IMG/VR virus record: IMGVR_UViG_3300006737_000004
Location: 1 to 56,474 of that record
Reading direction: 5' to 3' (one strand)
Origin: a virus
Lineage: Duplodnaviria; Caudoviricetes
DNA length: 56,474 nucleotides
A model generated the notes under the pieces. That model saw only the letters and a list, made by a program, of their open reading frames with translations. It had not been told where the DNA came from and made no database searches. Positions 1-9,867 of this stretch are shown here, in pieces; positions within the stretch are counted from its first letter, which is position 1; the number at the start of each line of letters is the position of its first letter. Made by a program: the position numbers and the translations under genes.

Positions 1-123
1 ACTAATCCTCTAGCATTTTATCAGCCCACTCGAAGGCCTCATGCTTTATTTCTTCAACCCTAGCTCGCCCCTGATGAGCCGCCAAAAGCCCTGCAAGAGC
101 TTGTCCTGCAAGGTAAAGGCGTG
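1..123 (+). repeat. Terminal duplication, copy 1 (assembly circularisation overlap)
   Basis: 1-123 is identical to 56352-56474 and falls inside coding sequence. Confidence 0.9.
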
Positions 124-220
124 CTGTCAGGGGTTTATTTTTATTTTTAGCTGGTCTCCCTAGCTTCTTCTGTCGATACTGTTCCGCCTCTTCTTCAAGG
201 CTTGTTGTTTTTTTGTTCAC
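2..220 (-). CDS. Hypothetical protein
   Basis: 72-aa ORF, last gene of the minus arm; AGQALAGLLA...A.EWADKML pattern common in small phage proteins. Confidence 0.7.
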   Translation of the reverse strand: MNKKTTSLEEEAEQYRQKKLGRPAKNKNKPLTARLYLAGQALAGLLAAHQGRARVEEIKHEAFEWADKMLED

Positions 221-368
221 GTTCTTTTACCCATCCTAAGTTGCGGAAGTAGGCTTGATCAAAACCTAACTGCCAGTTCCTGTGTTCTCTAAACTTATAC
301 TGTTGGTTGTAGGGATTTGAAAGTTGACCTTGGATAAAAGCCAACCTCCCTTGTTCATATGGATTCAC
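195..368 (-). CDS. Ribosome modulation factor (RMF)-like small protein
   Basis: YEQGRLAF..G...NPY.......NWQLGF..A resembles the RMF pattern; likely GTG start at 368 overlapping the upstream stop (GTGA). Confidence 0.5.
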   Translation of the reverse strand: MNPYEQGRLAFIQGQLSNPYNQQYKFREHRNWQLGFDQAYFRNLGWVKEREQKNNKP

Positions 369-598
369 TTGCTTTTTTCCTTCATTACCTCTAGCATTTT
401 TTCCAGATACCATTGTGCTTTCTCCATATCTTGTACAGGGTTTTGTTTATACCTGTGTCTGTGTTGATACTTAATCATGTTGCCTTGACAGTAAGCGATA
501 AAACCTTCTGTCCCTAGCACCTGTTTGATATAGTCAATGCATTCTATACCACTCAGGTTATAGTGGGCAGGTTTATTTACTGGATCGTAGTCTGACAT
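365..598 (-). CDS. DUF3310 family protein (T7 gp1.7-like nucleotide kinase domain)
   Basis: DPVNKPAHY...IECIDYI...YCQGNMIKY..R...K.....D.EKA.WYL signature. Confidence 0.85.
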   Translation of the reverse strand: MSDYDPVNKPAHYNLSGIECIDYIKQVLGTEGFIAYCQGNMIKYQHRHRYKQNPVQDMEKAQWYLEKMLEVMKEKSK

Positions 599-2503
599 CT
601 AAGCTCCTATATCTACAATTTCACACACGTCACCAGTGCAAGCTAAAGTTTGACTACCTGCAGTAGTGTCCTCTTTCTCATACTCCGAAAGCTTGCTCCA
701 GTCAATAGTCTTTGGCATTAAATCTAAAAGATTTTTATAGTCGTTCTTGCCAACCTCTTGATACGGTGCTTGCTGATAAGTATGTTCGTTATAGGGCAAG
801 AAAGATACACCTGACATCTCATCAAAGTGCTCATAAACAAATGCACCTACACTGAACCACTCATCCTTACGGACATTCACAGTAATGCTAGGCTTATGCT
901 CACACCAATGACGTTGATACATTAACCAAGTCTCTAACTGTTCAATCGCAGTTAAGTCAGCAGTAAGGATCGCATTCTGTGGAGCCTTGACAGGAAAGCT
1001 AAACACAGTGGTAGCATCTGGCTTCATTACATCTGGCTCACTAGGGATACCCTGATCCTGCATGAAAGCGGTTAGAGGATCTTTGTTATCACCACGTACA
1101 GTACGGATATAATATGCAGAGTGACGAGGGTGAATGCCACTGGCAGAGTCAACCAACTGTGATACCGTACCAGATGGTTTAACGCAGCTAATTGCAGTAG
1201 AGGGCGGTATGTCAAAACGACTAGCAAATTCAGCATTAGTAGTAACAGCGACATTTCGTAAGTGCTCCAGTGTTTTAGGTAAACCTTTATTTTTACTTGT
1301 GAGAATCCTGTTATCCATTATCCCTGTGAGAGACACACCAAGCAGTCGTTCTTCTTCTGTATTACGCTGCCACACTTTTCGCAGGTATGGGAACTTGGTG
1401 TAGGTTGACTGAATTGTTCCAAGTATAGTTGCAATACGGACTTTTCGTTCAAGATCCTCAACAGTATCTGTAGCACGGACAACAACTTCCGTAAGATTGC
1501 AGAACTGATACGGACGAAGAATGATTTCACTGCATGGGTTAGTCCCAAAGTCCCAGTCAGGATCACGCCTACCATACTTAGCAGCTTGTTTCTTACTTGC
1601 TTCACGATTGAATATACCACGCTCTCCGCTCCCTGATTCTACTAGAGACATCCACTCACGCATAAAGGAAATGGCATCTGGTTTCTCTGTATAACTGACT
1701 GAGTTGTTAGCTAGTGCACGTTGAGGATCATTCTCCCACCAAGCACCTGACTTAGCATGACGCATACGATCATCACTCAGGTTGGATAGAGAAATCATAG
1801 CTGACCTACGTACACCACCTACAACTACTACCTCACCAATCTTACACATGATATCATGACACTCAATAGAAGATAGTTTACGACCCTGAGCATCTTTGAA
1901 TACTTTAATTACAAAGTTGAACAAGTCTATCAAAGGTGATGGTCCTGAAGCTCTGCCTCCAAAGGTTTTTAACCGAGCACCTGCAGGACGTACACGAGAA
2001 GTATCCCACTTGGGAATCTCACCACTATAGAGGAGTGCTATTAATTGTCTGAGAGCCTTTGCCCAACCTTCTTTACTATCCCTGACGGCGACGGTGGTTT
2101 CACTGTCGTAGAGGTCTGGAACTTCAGGAAGTCTGCTTATGAACTGGCGTTCTACGGAGAACCCTACCCCAGTTCCACAGAGGAGGATGAACATAGCTTC
2201 ATCGAAGGACTTAGGGTCATCTACGGGTAGATAACTACAGTTATAACCTGCGGTGTTATCTCTATCTAGGGCAGGACCACTGGTCATCATTGCCCTCATG
2301 GAAGGCATTACCTCTAGGTCAAGGATAGCATCCCTTATAGTGTTCACAAAAGAATCATTGCCTAGCTTGGGTCGTACTACATTATCCATGTATCGTTCAA
2401 CTGTCTCTGGCCAAGACTCTCTACGGTTTTCCTTATCCAACCACCTAGCATAACGAGATGTGTGGATAAAGGCTTGATAGTCTGTTGGTAAATAATTACT
2501 CAT
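599..2503 (-). CDS. nrdJ: Class II (adenosylcobalamin-dependent) ribonucleotide reductase, monomeric RTPR-type
   Basis: YNCSY, GTNPCSEI, CNLTE and CVKPSGT motifs, C-terminal CTGDVC; no beta-subunit gene. Confidence 0.93.
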   Translation of the reverse strand: MSNYLPTDYQAFIHTSRYARWLDKENRRESWPETVERYMDNVVRPKLGNDSFVNTIRDAILDLEVMPSMRAMMTSGPALDRDNTAGYNCSYLPVDDPKSFDEAMFILLCGTGVGFSVERQFISRLPEVPDLYDSETTVAVRDSKEGWAKALRQLIALLYSGEIPKWDTSRVRPAGARLKTFGGRASGPSPLIDLFNFVIKVFKDAQGRKLSSIECHDIMCKIGEVVVVGGVRRSAMISLSNLSDDRMRHAKSGAWWENDPQRALANNSVSYTEKPDAISFMREWMSLVESGSGERGIFNREASKKQAAKYGRRDPDWDFGTNPCSEIILRPYQFCNLTEVVVRATDTVEDLERKVRIATILGTIQSTYTKFPYLRKVWQRNTEEERLLGVSLTGIMDNRILTSKNKGLPKTLEHLRNVAVTTNAEFASRFDIPPSTAISCVKPSGTVSQLVDSASGIHPRHSAYYIRTVRGDNKDPLTAFMQDQGIPSEPDVMKPDATTVFSFPVKAPQNAILTADLTAIEQLETWLMYQRHWCEHKPSITVNVRKDEWFSVGAFVYEHFDEMSGVSFLPYNEHTYQQAPYQEVGKNDYKNLLDLMPKTIDWSKLSEYEKEDTTAGSQTLACTGDVCEIVDIGA

Positions 2504-2853
2504 CGTTTGTCCCCATTCCCTTTGAGTGTACCACGTTTCTTTCGATCTTGAAGTTTGTCTAAGTTATTCTTTGCAACCTCTCCCATGTTTACGTTAAGGT
2601 CTCTGCACAGTGCAGCAATGTACCACAGGCAGTCACCTACCTCATCTGCAATGGCGTCTCTGTCAAAGTTACCATCACGTAAGATCTTCTTTACTTTGTT
2701 AGCTACCTCACCTGCCTCTGCAGCAAGGCCTAGTGCAGGGTAGATAACCTGATGTTCTACCTTATAGATTGCAGTATCAGAAGCAGCCTCTTGGTAGAAG
2801 TCAAAGCCCATATCAGGGACATTCCAATAGTCTATTTGTTCTTTAGTCAGCAT
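2500..2853 (-). CDS. mazG: MazG-like nucleotide pyrophosphohydrolase
   Basis: LGLAAEAGEVANKVKK...DEVGDCLWY...N..KL..R..RG.L.G.GD.R; ATG at 2853 follows GAGG. Confidence 0.9.
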   Translation of the reverse strand: MLTKEQIDYWNVPDMGFDFYQEAASDTAIYKVEHQVIYPALGLAAEAGEVANKVKKILRDGNFDRDAIADEVGDCLWYIAALCRDLNVNMGEVAKNNLDKLQDRKKRGTLKGNGDKR

Positions 2854-3034
2854 GTTGAATGACCTCACATCCAGTTATTGTTACATCGTCTAAGTCGTAA
2901 AGGGCATCCTCAATTAAACCCTTTACAACATTGCAGTTATCCCCAGACAACTCTAGGAAATTTGCATCTTTGTCCACTAGCAGGTTTATAGTTACCTCGT
3001 AGGGGAAACTTAAGTTATACTGTTTTTTTCGCAT
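2843..3034 (-). CDS. Hypothetical protein
   Basis: 63-aa ORF filling the gap in the operon, overlapping the MazG start. Confidence 0.6.
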   Translation of the reverse strand: MRKKQYNLSFPYEVTINLLVDKDANFLELSGDNCNVVKGLIEDALYDLDDVTITGCEVIQHAD

Positions 3035-3041
3035 TAGTCAA
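3014..3041 (-). promoter_or_regulatory. Sigma70-type promoter upstream of mazG/nrdJ
   Basis: TTGACT-N16-TATAAC(T) on the minus strand. Confidence 0.55.
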
Positions 3042-3079
3042 GCTTTCCCTCCCCTATTCTAAGACTATTTATTAGTTCT

Positions 3080-3856
3080 TCACTTGCCATAGACATCTCG
3101 TAATCTCTCCAGTGAGACAAACTCTGGTTCATAATACCCACCTTGGATATTTCTTTTAACAATGACTCCCTTCCACCATTCATTGTTAGCTTGCCCTGCC
3201 CAACCTTCTTGGCCCCCTTTGAAGCAACCTGCGACCAAGCCGATAGTTGGACTAGGGTGAGCATCATCTTTAAAAAACATACTACGCTTATGACTGTGGC
3301 CAACAGTAGTAGAACAGTGGCGTTTCTGGATAAGCCCATAAGCGTGATGTAGACCAGACATAGCTGTACCATAGTTACCGCTAGAAATGTAATGAGCATA
3401 TGATACACCATCATAATCAACGATGGAGGGGGCTGAATTGTTATACTCGTGATACTCATCAAACCATACATCCGTCTGTAAGTGAGAGAAGCTTATACCG
3501 TAAGTAGCTCCCTCCAGTCTAGGGTCATTTGCAATAGCCCTCTTAATTCGGTTCTCGTGATTGCCCTCAAAGCCAAAGAAAGCAGGACGTTTCTTTTTCA
3601 TCAACCTGAACTTACGCCTTAGTCTCTCCATACTATCGTTGTAGTGGTTGATATCAGCCTCATAATTCTGAGCTACAATAGCTTGTGGATACCGAGTGTC
3701 ATAACTATTGAGGGACTTAAGGTCTGCACCATCCCCCAAGTCTACGACATAATCAGGCCTGATGTCATACAAAAAATCTGCCAACCAGTCAAATCTTTCA
3801 TTTGATATCGAGGGTTCTGAGTGTGCGCAAGTGAATACGACTGCTGTTTTACTCAT
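3080..3856 (-). CDS. Calcineurin-like metallophosphoesterase
   Basis: CAH (for DxH), LGDGAD, GNHE, AH and GHSH motifs. Confidence 0.85.
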   Translation of the reverse strand: MSKTAVVFTCAHSEPSISNERFDWLADFLYDIRPDYVVDLGDGADLKSLNSYDTRYPQAIVAQNYEADINHYNDSMERLRRKFRLMKKKRPAFFGFEGNHENRIKRAIANDPRLEGATYGISFSHLQTDVWFDEYHEYNNSAPSIVDYDGVSYAHYISSGNYGTAMSGLHHAYGLIQKRHCSTTVGHSHKRSMFFKDDAHPSPTIGLVAGCFKGGQEGWAGQANNEWWKGVIVKRNIQGGYYEPEFVSLERLRDVYGK

Positions 3857-4095
3857 GTCATGTGCTCCTTATACATCTCTCCAACCTCTAAGGGTTCGAT
3901 GCTTCTGTCAAAGTGTTTCTTCCATTCGTAGGCATCTTCAAAGTCGTCAAACCAAAAGTTAGCCTCTTCTATTTCTCCATCAATCTCGGTCTTGCAAACA
4001 AGAAAGTAACCAGAATCTTCTGGAGATAACTCATCTTCAGGTAAATCTTCAATTGCTGTCGGGCCTTGAGTTACTGCCCATACTTTTATTCCCAA
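3853..4095 (-). CDS. Hypothetical acidic protein
   Basis: 80-aa ORF whose stop overlaps the next start (ATGA). Confidence 0.65.
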   Translation of the reverse strand: MGIKVWAVTQGPTAIEDLPEDELSPEDSGYFLVCKTEIDGEIEEANFWFDDFEDAYEWKKHFDRSIEPLEVGEMYKEHMT

Positions 4096-4435
4096 TATTC
4101 CAACTCCTTAATAGTTCCATGTAGTGATCTATTCCAATCATCACCACCCAAGGTTTTCTGTCTGATCTAAAGAATACTACAGGTTCATGTGGTGTATGTC
4201 TAGATGCTTGTTCGATAAAACCGTATACAGTTTTTAGTTCTGCCTTCCGTCTCTTTACCTCAATGGAGAGCGGAATCTTTTTTCTAGCTGCAGGTGAGAG
4301 TTGAATGTCTTCTCCACTGTCACCCATGATAGTAGACTTGATGTCATCAGGTTCAAACTCAGGAAAGGTTTCCAACAGTCTGTCTCTAATCTCTTGCTGA
4401 CCAAGCCTACCTTTTTGTTTAGCTTGCTTTGTCAT
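4049..4435 (-). CDS. PD-(D/E)XK endonuclease, Holliday junction resolvase-like
   Basis: K.KGR..QQE, GEDI and SIEVK motifs. Confidence 0.8.
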   Translation of the reverse strand: MTKQAKQKGRLGQQEIRDRLLETFPEFEPDDIKSTIMGDSGEDIQLSPAARKKIPLSIEVKRRKAELKTVYGFIEQASRHTPHEPVVFFRSDRKPWVVMIGIDHYMELLRSWNIGNKSMGSNSRPDSN

Positions 4436-5282
4436 GTTTAACCTCTGGTACTTTGGGTTCTACCTCAACATGCACAAGAAACTCTGGACCTTTTGAATAC
4501 AAGAAGGTACGTAAGTTAGGCCAACACAACTTTTTGTATTCACAATATCCACACTGCATTGACAACTTCATGTTAGGGCTAGTCTTAGATTGAGGTACTG
4601 GAGAGATACGTGTAGCAGGTATATCACCAGCTACCATAGCCTTAGTCTCCTGCATCTCCTTCTCTTTGTGCTTCAGTTCCTCAGTGAAGTCATACACGTC
4701 TAAACATACATGACCATTCTGTTTATCAATTGCAAGGAAAGCCCCATGTGTTTTGTTTGTAACCAGTGGGTCATCCTTACCTGCATACACATAAGAACTT
4801 AGCTGAGATATGTAACCAAAGGGGTCATCTTCCCTGAGCTTACCGTCCTTAAACTTTTTAAATGCGTAGGAGCTGCAGGACTTTACATCAACAGTCATAC
4901 CGTCAATCACTGCATCTCTATGACCTTTGATACCATGTACATTTAGCCTATCTTGCTGACCTTGTACATCATGACCTGCTGCCTCAGCCATACTTAGTAT
5001 AAGTTCTTCGATCATGTCGCCGTAAAAGAACTTAAGTAGTGTGTTAGGTTGTAGTGGCTCTCCTTCTCCAGTTGAATTTATCCTATACCACAGCTTTCTT
5101 TTGCAGGGTGTACCGATAGAAGATAACGACAGATACCCCCTAGCTTTTTGGGGCTTAGAGAATCGGTTGTTTGCAGAACTAGCTACAGCCATAGCCATAC
5201 CAGTACTGATAGTTTTATTCCAACCACCTTCTCCTTGTATCACTCTGTAGATATCTCCTACAAGAGTTCCTATTTTAGACAT
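4419..5282 (-). CDS. PD-(D/E)XK exonuclease, Cas4/AddB-like with four-Cys staple
   Basis: S.SSIG.PC.RKLWY, GH.D, VDVKS, Y..QL..Y and CGYCEYKKLC; ATG at 5282 follows AGGAG. Confidence 0.8.
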   Translation of the reverse strand: MSKIGTLVGDIYRVIQGEGGWNKTISTGMAMAVASSANNRFSKPQKARGYLSLSSIGTPCKRKLWYRINSTGEGEPLQPNTLLKFFYGDMIEELILSMAEAAGHDVQGQQDRLNVHGIKGHRDAVIDGMTVDVKSCSSYAFKKFKDGKLREDDPFGYISQLSSYVYAGKDDPLVTNKTHGAFLAIDKQNGHVCLDVYDFTEELKHKEKEMQETKAMVAGDIPATRISPVPQSKTSPNMKLSMQCGYCEYKKLCWPNLRTFLYSKGPEFLVHVEVEPKVPEVKHDKAS

Positions 5283-5300
5283 ATCAACTCCTAATAAAAT

Positions 5301-5334
5301 TGGGGTGAGGAGAAAGGACAAAACCCCCACCCCA
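5301..5334 (-). promoter_or_regulatory. GC-rich stem-loop between the SSB and exonuclease genes
   Basis: TGGGGTG...CACCCCA inverted repeat in the intergenic gap; no clear U-tract. Confidence 0.4.
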
Positions 5335-5344
5335 TAGTTACACC

Positions 5345-5890
5345 TTAGAACAATACTGCTTCTTCTGTAGGTGCTGACTCAGGCTTCTTTGTAGAAGGGG
5401 GGGAGCCTCCATCGTCCTGAGGTTGAATATACTGGACGTGATCCAAAACGTGAACAGCTTCAAGGCGTGAACCTACGCTATCATATCTGGGTATATCATA
5501 GACAGCTACGGTCAACTCTACAGTAGACCCATTGCCAATGGAACCATCGCTATCGTAATCCCAAGTATCACCAGCAGGGTTTGTAACACTAGGTGCACCA
5601 CTGCTCCAATCCTTTCCAGTATTAAACTTACGATCAAACTTGACAATCAGCCCACGTCCCTCAGGATCGGGCTTAGGTTGTCTTCGTGATGTTGCGGTAA
5701 TCATACCTGCGGACTGCAGCTTACCAAGTTCAACATCGTCTAAGATGAGGTTGATCGTACATGCCCCATCAAAATCTTCATAGTTACCCCTTGCTTGGGG
5801 TGTTGGTTTCCATCCAGTGAGGTCACGGTTCTGTTCAAAAACTTTCGCCCACTCTGCAATACCAGTTACTTTTACTATTCGTGTAGCCAT
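5345..5890 (-). CDS. Single-stranded DNA-binding protein (T7 gp2.5-like OB fold)
   Basis: G..EWAKVF, IGNGS.V.L.V and RLEAV.V motifs, acidic tail ending in Phe; adjacent to DNA polymerase. Confidence 0.75.
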   Translation of the reverse strand: MATRIVKVTGIAEWAKVFEQNRDLTGWKPTPQARGNYEDFDGACTINLILDDVELGKLQSAGMITATSRRQPKPDPEGRGLIVKFDRKFNTGKDWSSGAPSVTNPAGDTWDYDSDGSIGNGSTVELTVAVYDIPRYDSVGSRLEAVHVLDHVQYIQPQDDGGSPPSTKKPESAPTEEAVLF

Positions 5891-5905
5891 TGCTACCTCC
5901 TTTGT

Positions 5906-7738
5906 TTAGTGCACATCTGCATAGGTTTGACCATACTGTACGTCAATACCTAAGTCAACATTTAATTTCAACTGTTCGTTAAGTTTTTCTATAGCCCATT
6001 GTAGAACTGATGTGTGAACACTCTCTTCTCCTTTTCTGATTACGTTAATACTCTCGTCGTGAAACTGGCCAACTATATTAGACCTCTTTGATCTATATAG
6101 TGCAACCCACCTGTCAAAGCAATAGGCTCCAGTACTTTGATTGATAGTAGAGAAAGCATCCTTCTCAAACCTCAAGCTATGCCAGAACTTACTGACAGGA
6201 TTCTGTACCCACATCTCATCATTGATACGGCGTACAGTCTGGTCACTGACAAACTTCTGAACAGACCAGTTACGTTTCCAATAGGCATCAATAAGCTTTT
6301 GTGCATTCTGTATTGTCATGCCAGTTGTCCTTGATAACTTAGCTGCACCAACACCATAAGTGGCTGAGTAGTTTACCACCTTGTAGTTTTTGCGTAGATC
6401 TTTCAACTCAGGTAACTCTCCATTATTATACCTATCAATTTGATTTTGAGTAACAGACCCTGCATGTTTTGCCAAGTCTAAATGTGGATCAAACCCATCC
6501 TGTGACATCTCTGCAACATAGTCTGGATCATACGGATACATATAGTGACGCTTAGTAGTATCTTCAAGTGATGTCATGTCAGCACCACATAAAAGATGTC
6601 CGTCAGGTGCAATCAAACAGCCACGTATTTCTTTACCCCAAGGCTTATCTATCCCAGGAAGATTAACCAGGGGTCTCTTGTGTCTGAAGCGAAGAGTATT
6701 TGTAAGTCCAGAGATTTCTGCCCTAACGTACCCATCACGTTCAGATGAAAGAAAACGTTTAACGATACCTCTCCTATGCTGAAGTACAGTCATACCATCA
6801 AGTACACCTACTTGTGGATTGTCAGGTATAAGGAGTTTTACAGATGGGGTAAGTTCACGATTGCTGTTACGCACCTGTGGTACAGGCCCATTAGTACCAT
6901 CATCAAAAGTACAGGGTTGCCAACCAAGAGACTTCAGCCAATCCTTAACTTGGTCAGGAGACTTGGGGTTAGACTCTTCGACACCCTTGACTACAGGTAT
7001 TTCTCCATCATAAGTTAGTGGGTAGTCATTGTCCTCACAAAGTTTATGCCAACGATTACCATGTGCAGATAGTGATCCATCTTTTTTGAGCATGTTCTTT
7101 GGTTTAGTCTTGATAGACATCAGCTTACGCATGGGCATCACAGCCACTAACTCTGCAACCTTCTTGTTCTCTAGCTCAGTAAGGTGAACTAGTAACTGCT
7201 CTGCCTTAGGCACATCAAGCTTCCAACATTGCAACTCTGCTTCTTTAGCACAGTCCATCTTAAACTCAAGGTAACGAAAGAACTTGTTCAACTGACCCTT
7301 GTCTTTATAGATAAACATAAATCGAGCAAGCAAGTTTTTCCATAACTTCCAACTAATCTTGACATCTTCTACACAACGATGAGCATACACCTCTGGTGCA
7401 AGGTTTACCCAATCATCAATCTTAGGTTTAGGAATACCAAAGTCCTCACCAAAAGAGTCTAGGTCGTGACGAGACCTGCTAAAGTTTAGTACCCAAGACA
7501 TAGGTAGGGTATCAAACAACTGAGCTTTCACCTTGATACCAAGGATCTTCTCAAGCAATGGCACATCATACCTCACAATGTTATGCCCAACCAAACCCTT
7601 TTGATTTAGGATCAGATCACGCATGTCGCTATAGTCATACAGAGTGTCGTAATTAGTACCATCAGATGTGTAAGACAGACAGTGTATTTTAGTAGCATCA
7701 TCCAACAGGTTGTCAGCTTCTACATCAAATACAATCAT
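5906..7738 (-). CDS. polA: Family A DNA polymerase with 3'-5' exonuclease domain
   Basis: FDVE, GHN...YD and C.ED exonuclease motifs; GAD...LE (A), RKNYKVVNYSATYG (B) and FHDE (C). Confidence 0.95.
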   Translation of the reverse strand: MIVFDVEADNLLDDATKIHCLSYTSDGTNYDTLYDYSDMRDLILNQKGLVGHNIVRYDVPLLEKILGIKVKAQLFDTLPMSWVLNFSRSRHDLDSFGEDFGIPKPKIDDWVNLAPEVYAHRCVEDVKISWKLWKNLLARFMFIYKDKGQLNKFFRYLEFKMDCAKEAELQCWKLDVPKAEQLLVHLTELENKKVAELVAVMPMRKLMSIKTKPKNMLKKDGSLSAHGNRWHKLCEDNDYPLTYDGEIPVVKGVEESNPKSPDQVKDWLKSLGWQPCTFDDGTNGPVPQVRNSNRELTPSVKLLIPDNPQVGVLDGMTVLQHRRGIVKRFLSSERDGYVRAEISGLTNTLRFRHKRPLVNLPGIDKPWGKEIRGCLIAPDGHLLCGADMTSLEDTTKRHYMYPYDPDYVAEMSQDGFDPHLDLAKHAGSVTQNQIDRYNNGELPELKDLRKNYKVVNYSATYGVGAAKLSRTTGMTIQNAQKLIDAYWKRNWSVQKFVSDQTVRRINDEMWVQNPVSKFWHSLRFEKDAFSTINQSTGAYCFDRWVALYRSKRSNIVGQFHDESINVIRKGEESVHTSVLQWAIEKLNEQLKLNVDLGIDVQYGQTYADVH

Positions 7739-9342
7739 GCAGCCATATCTCCTTGTACATACGGAACATCTTCCGTTAAGATAGTTGTATCAGGATCGTA
7801 ATATACTGACCCTGCGTGACCCAACTTAGCAAATGGACGATTCTTATCCACAATAAAGTTGGTAGTGTTCTGAAGAATCTCATCTTCTGATTCAACATCA
7901 CGTTCAATCTTTACACATATAATTGCTTCCTCTTCAAGTGATGCAGCATACTTTGTCCTACCATCATCGTTGACCTGTGATATAAAGATCACACCAATGT
8001 TCAGCTCCTTTGATAACTGAGCCATCCGTGAACCTAAAGTGGTGAGGGTACTGGTAGCGCCATCAACACCAGAGTTAGACAAGTAAGCCAACCGTTGTAC
8101 GTGATCGACAAACACATAGTCTGCACCGAATACAGTGGCAGCAGTACGTGTGTGGTCTAGCAGCTTGAGAGGGTCATCATGTGAACGCATCTCAAACACA
8201 ATGGTACGATTGTTCTCTGTGTCTGCTGCTATCTGACCTGCTTTGATTACCTCTTCGATAGAGACATTGTTGGCACGAGCATCATCATCTGTACGGACAT
8301 TACAACCAAGGTGGTAGGTTGCCATAGCCCTATAGGTAGTAGACTTCATCTCTTCCATATGAAGCAATGCAATCTTTGTCTCAGGATCACGAAGCAAACC
8401 AGTCTCAAAGTATCTGATTACCTCAGTCTTACCTGTACCCCTTGGCGCTTTGATGAACGTCACTCCACCCTTAACCATGCCCCTGATCTTATCATCAAGA
8501 CCTGAGTGACCTGTTGGGGTATACTCGTAGGGGTTTTCATTACGGATAGCTGCTTCCACATCCTGATCTGAGATGAAGAAGTTGTCAGGGGAATACTTCT
8601 GAGGCTTCATAGCTGCCCACATCAAGTCCTTACCATCACCTGCAGTCAGGAAGTCATTGGCATCCTTGTGCTTAGACATAGGTACATAGAAGAACTTGTC
8701 AGGTATGGTAGAGTAGATCTTATCTGCTGCAGCTTTACCTGCTGTATCTAACTCCCCTGCATAGATAACGTTCTCGAAAGAGTTAAGATACTCGTAGTTC
8801 TTTTGCAGGAACTTCTCACCAATAGATGCACTAGGCAAAGACTTGACAGGAAATTTCTCACCAAGGATTTCATACAGACTTGCTGCATCAAACTCACCCT
8901 CGGTAAGGTACAGTCGTTTACTTGTACCTGCATTGAACTCAGGCCCAAACAGGTGGGTCATCCCTAGTCCAGTGTCCTTGACCCAAGTCTTAGACTTATC
9001 ATTGAAAGCCCTGTACTTGGTTGTGTGTGGGTACTTGTAGGCGTAGCGTATAGGCTCACCATTCTCGCCAAGCTGTATCTGTATACCATACAACTGGCAT
9101 ACGTCAGGCTTGATACCCCTGATACCTTCGTAAGTACCAGACTTAACAGGTATGTCCATTATGTTTATCCTTTCCTTTACTGGATATTGATCTTTAACCC
9201 AATCAAATGTAGGCTCGGAACTAGGGTAGGAGTTGCCGCAACTGTGACAAAACCCATACCCCTCATCATTCCAATTAAACGCATCACTTGAACCACAGTC
9301 CTCAAAGGGACATGCCAAGTGGGGTGTATCTCCTTCAGCCAT
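7735..9342 (-). CDS. T7 gp4-like primase-helicase
   Basis: Zn ribbon CPFEDC...CHSC, TOPRIM TEGEFDA, KDAND, Walker A APRGTGKT, FVDH and ISQ. Confidence 0.93.
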   Translation of the reverse strand: MAEGDTPHLACPFEDCGSSDAFNWNDEGYGFCHSCGNSYPSSEPTFDWVKDQYPVKERINIMDIPVKSGTYEGIRGIKPDVCQLYGIQIQLGENGEPIRYAYKYPHTTKYRAFNDKSKTWVKDTGLGMTHLFGPEFNAGTSKRLYLTEGEFDAASLYEILGEKFPVKSLPSASIGEKFLQKNYEYLNSFENVIYAGELDTAGKAAADKIYSTIPDKFFYVPMSKHKDANDFLTAGDGKDLMWAAMKPQKYSPDNFFISDQDVEAAIRNENPYEYTPTGHSGLDDKIRGMVKGGVTFIKAPRGTGKTEVIRYFETGLLRDPETKIALLHMEEMKSTTYRAMATYHLGCNVRTDDDARANNVSIEEVIKAGQIAADTENNRTIVFEMRSHDDPLKLLDHTRTAATVFGADYVFVDHVQRLAYLSNSGVDGATSTLTTLGSRMAQLSKELNIGVIFISQVNDDGRTKYAASLEEEAIICVKIERDVESEDEILQNTTNFIVDKNRPFAKLGHAGSVYYDPDTTILTEDVPYVQGDMAA

Positions 9343-9553
9343 TCTTATCCTTTCCTCGTTGTCTTTCCTCTTTTGTCATTGGTCTGATGTAAGGTACTAC
9401 CTTACCTGAGTTCCAACGTTTAGCTTCCTCTTCTGCTTCGTCCAGATTATTGAACACCCACACCTTATGGTCTTCTGTCCAAGGGTTCTCCTTACGGACA
9501 TAAGTAAACTCACCTAGTTCAATCTCAATCTCTACTACATAGGGCATCTTCAA
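9335..9553 (-). CDS. Hypothetical protein
   Basis: 72-aa ORF in the operon; VF...EAEEEAK.W pattern. Confidence 0.65.
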   Translation of the reverse strand: MKMPYVVEIEIELGEFTYVRKENPWTEDHKVWVFNNLDEAEEEAKRWNSGKVVPYIRPMTKEERQRGKDKNG

Positions 9554-9713
9554 GAACCTCCTCTAAAATATAACCTTTGGGCCAACAATCGCAGTGAGAT
9601 ATTCTATGACCCCCTGATCCACCGTGGGTATTTTTCTTGCTGCAGGTAGGGCATACAAACCAAAGCTTATTACCCTGCCTAGTTACTTCAAATGTTGGCA
9701 TCATGTGTATCAC
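9525..9713 (-). CDS. Small Zn-ribbon protein
   Basis: CPTC...H...GHR.SHC.C...GY. Confidence 0.6.
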   Translation of the reverse strand: MIHMMPTFEVTRQGNKLWFVCPTCSKKNTHGGSGGHRISHCDCWPKGYILEEVLEDALCSRD

Positions 9714-9867
9714 TCCTATCTAGTTCTGTCTCTAGACCAGCTTTGACTAGGGATACAAAGCCCACGTTAAAGATAGCCATGAAAGTCTCTGGGTCACACT
9801 CGACTTGTAGTGTAGCTGAACCATCTTCATGCTCTTCGATCTCTGTTATTTTTACTTCACTCATCAT
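9688..9867 (-). CDS. Hypothetical protein (59 aa, not in ORF track)
   Basis: Read manually: MMSEVKITEIEEHEDGSATLQVECDPETFMAIFNVGFVSLVKAGLETELDRSDTHDANI; start overlaps the end of thyX, GGGAG upstream. Confidence 0.7.
   Translation of the reverse strand: MMSEVKITEIEEHEDGSATLQVECDPETFMAIFNVGFVSLVKAGLETELDRSDTHDANI

Noticed and set aside
5906-7738. DnaJ-like Zn-finger insertion typical of HMO-2011-type polymerases, or an intein/intron
   Set aside because: No CxxCxGxG repeats and no intein terminal motifs; the ORF is continuous and compact
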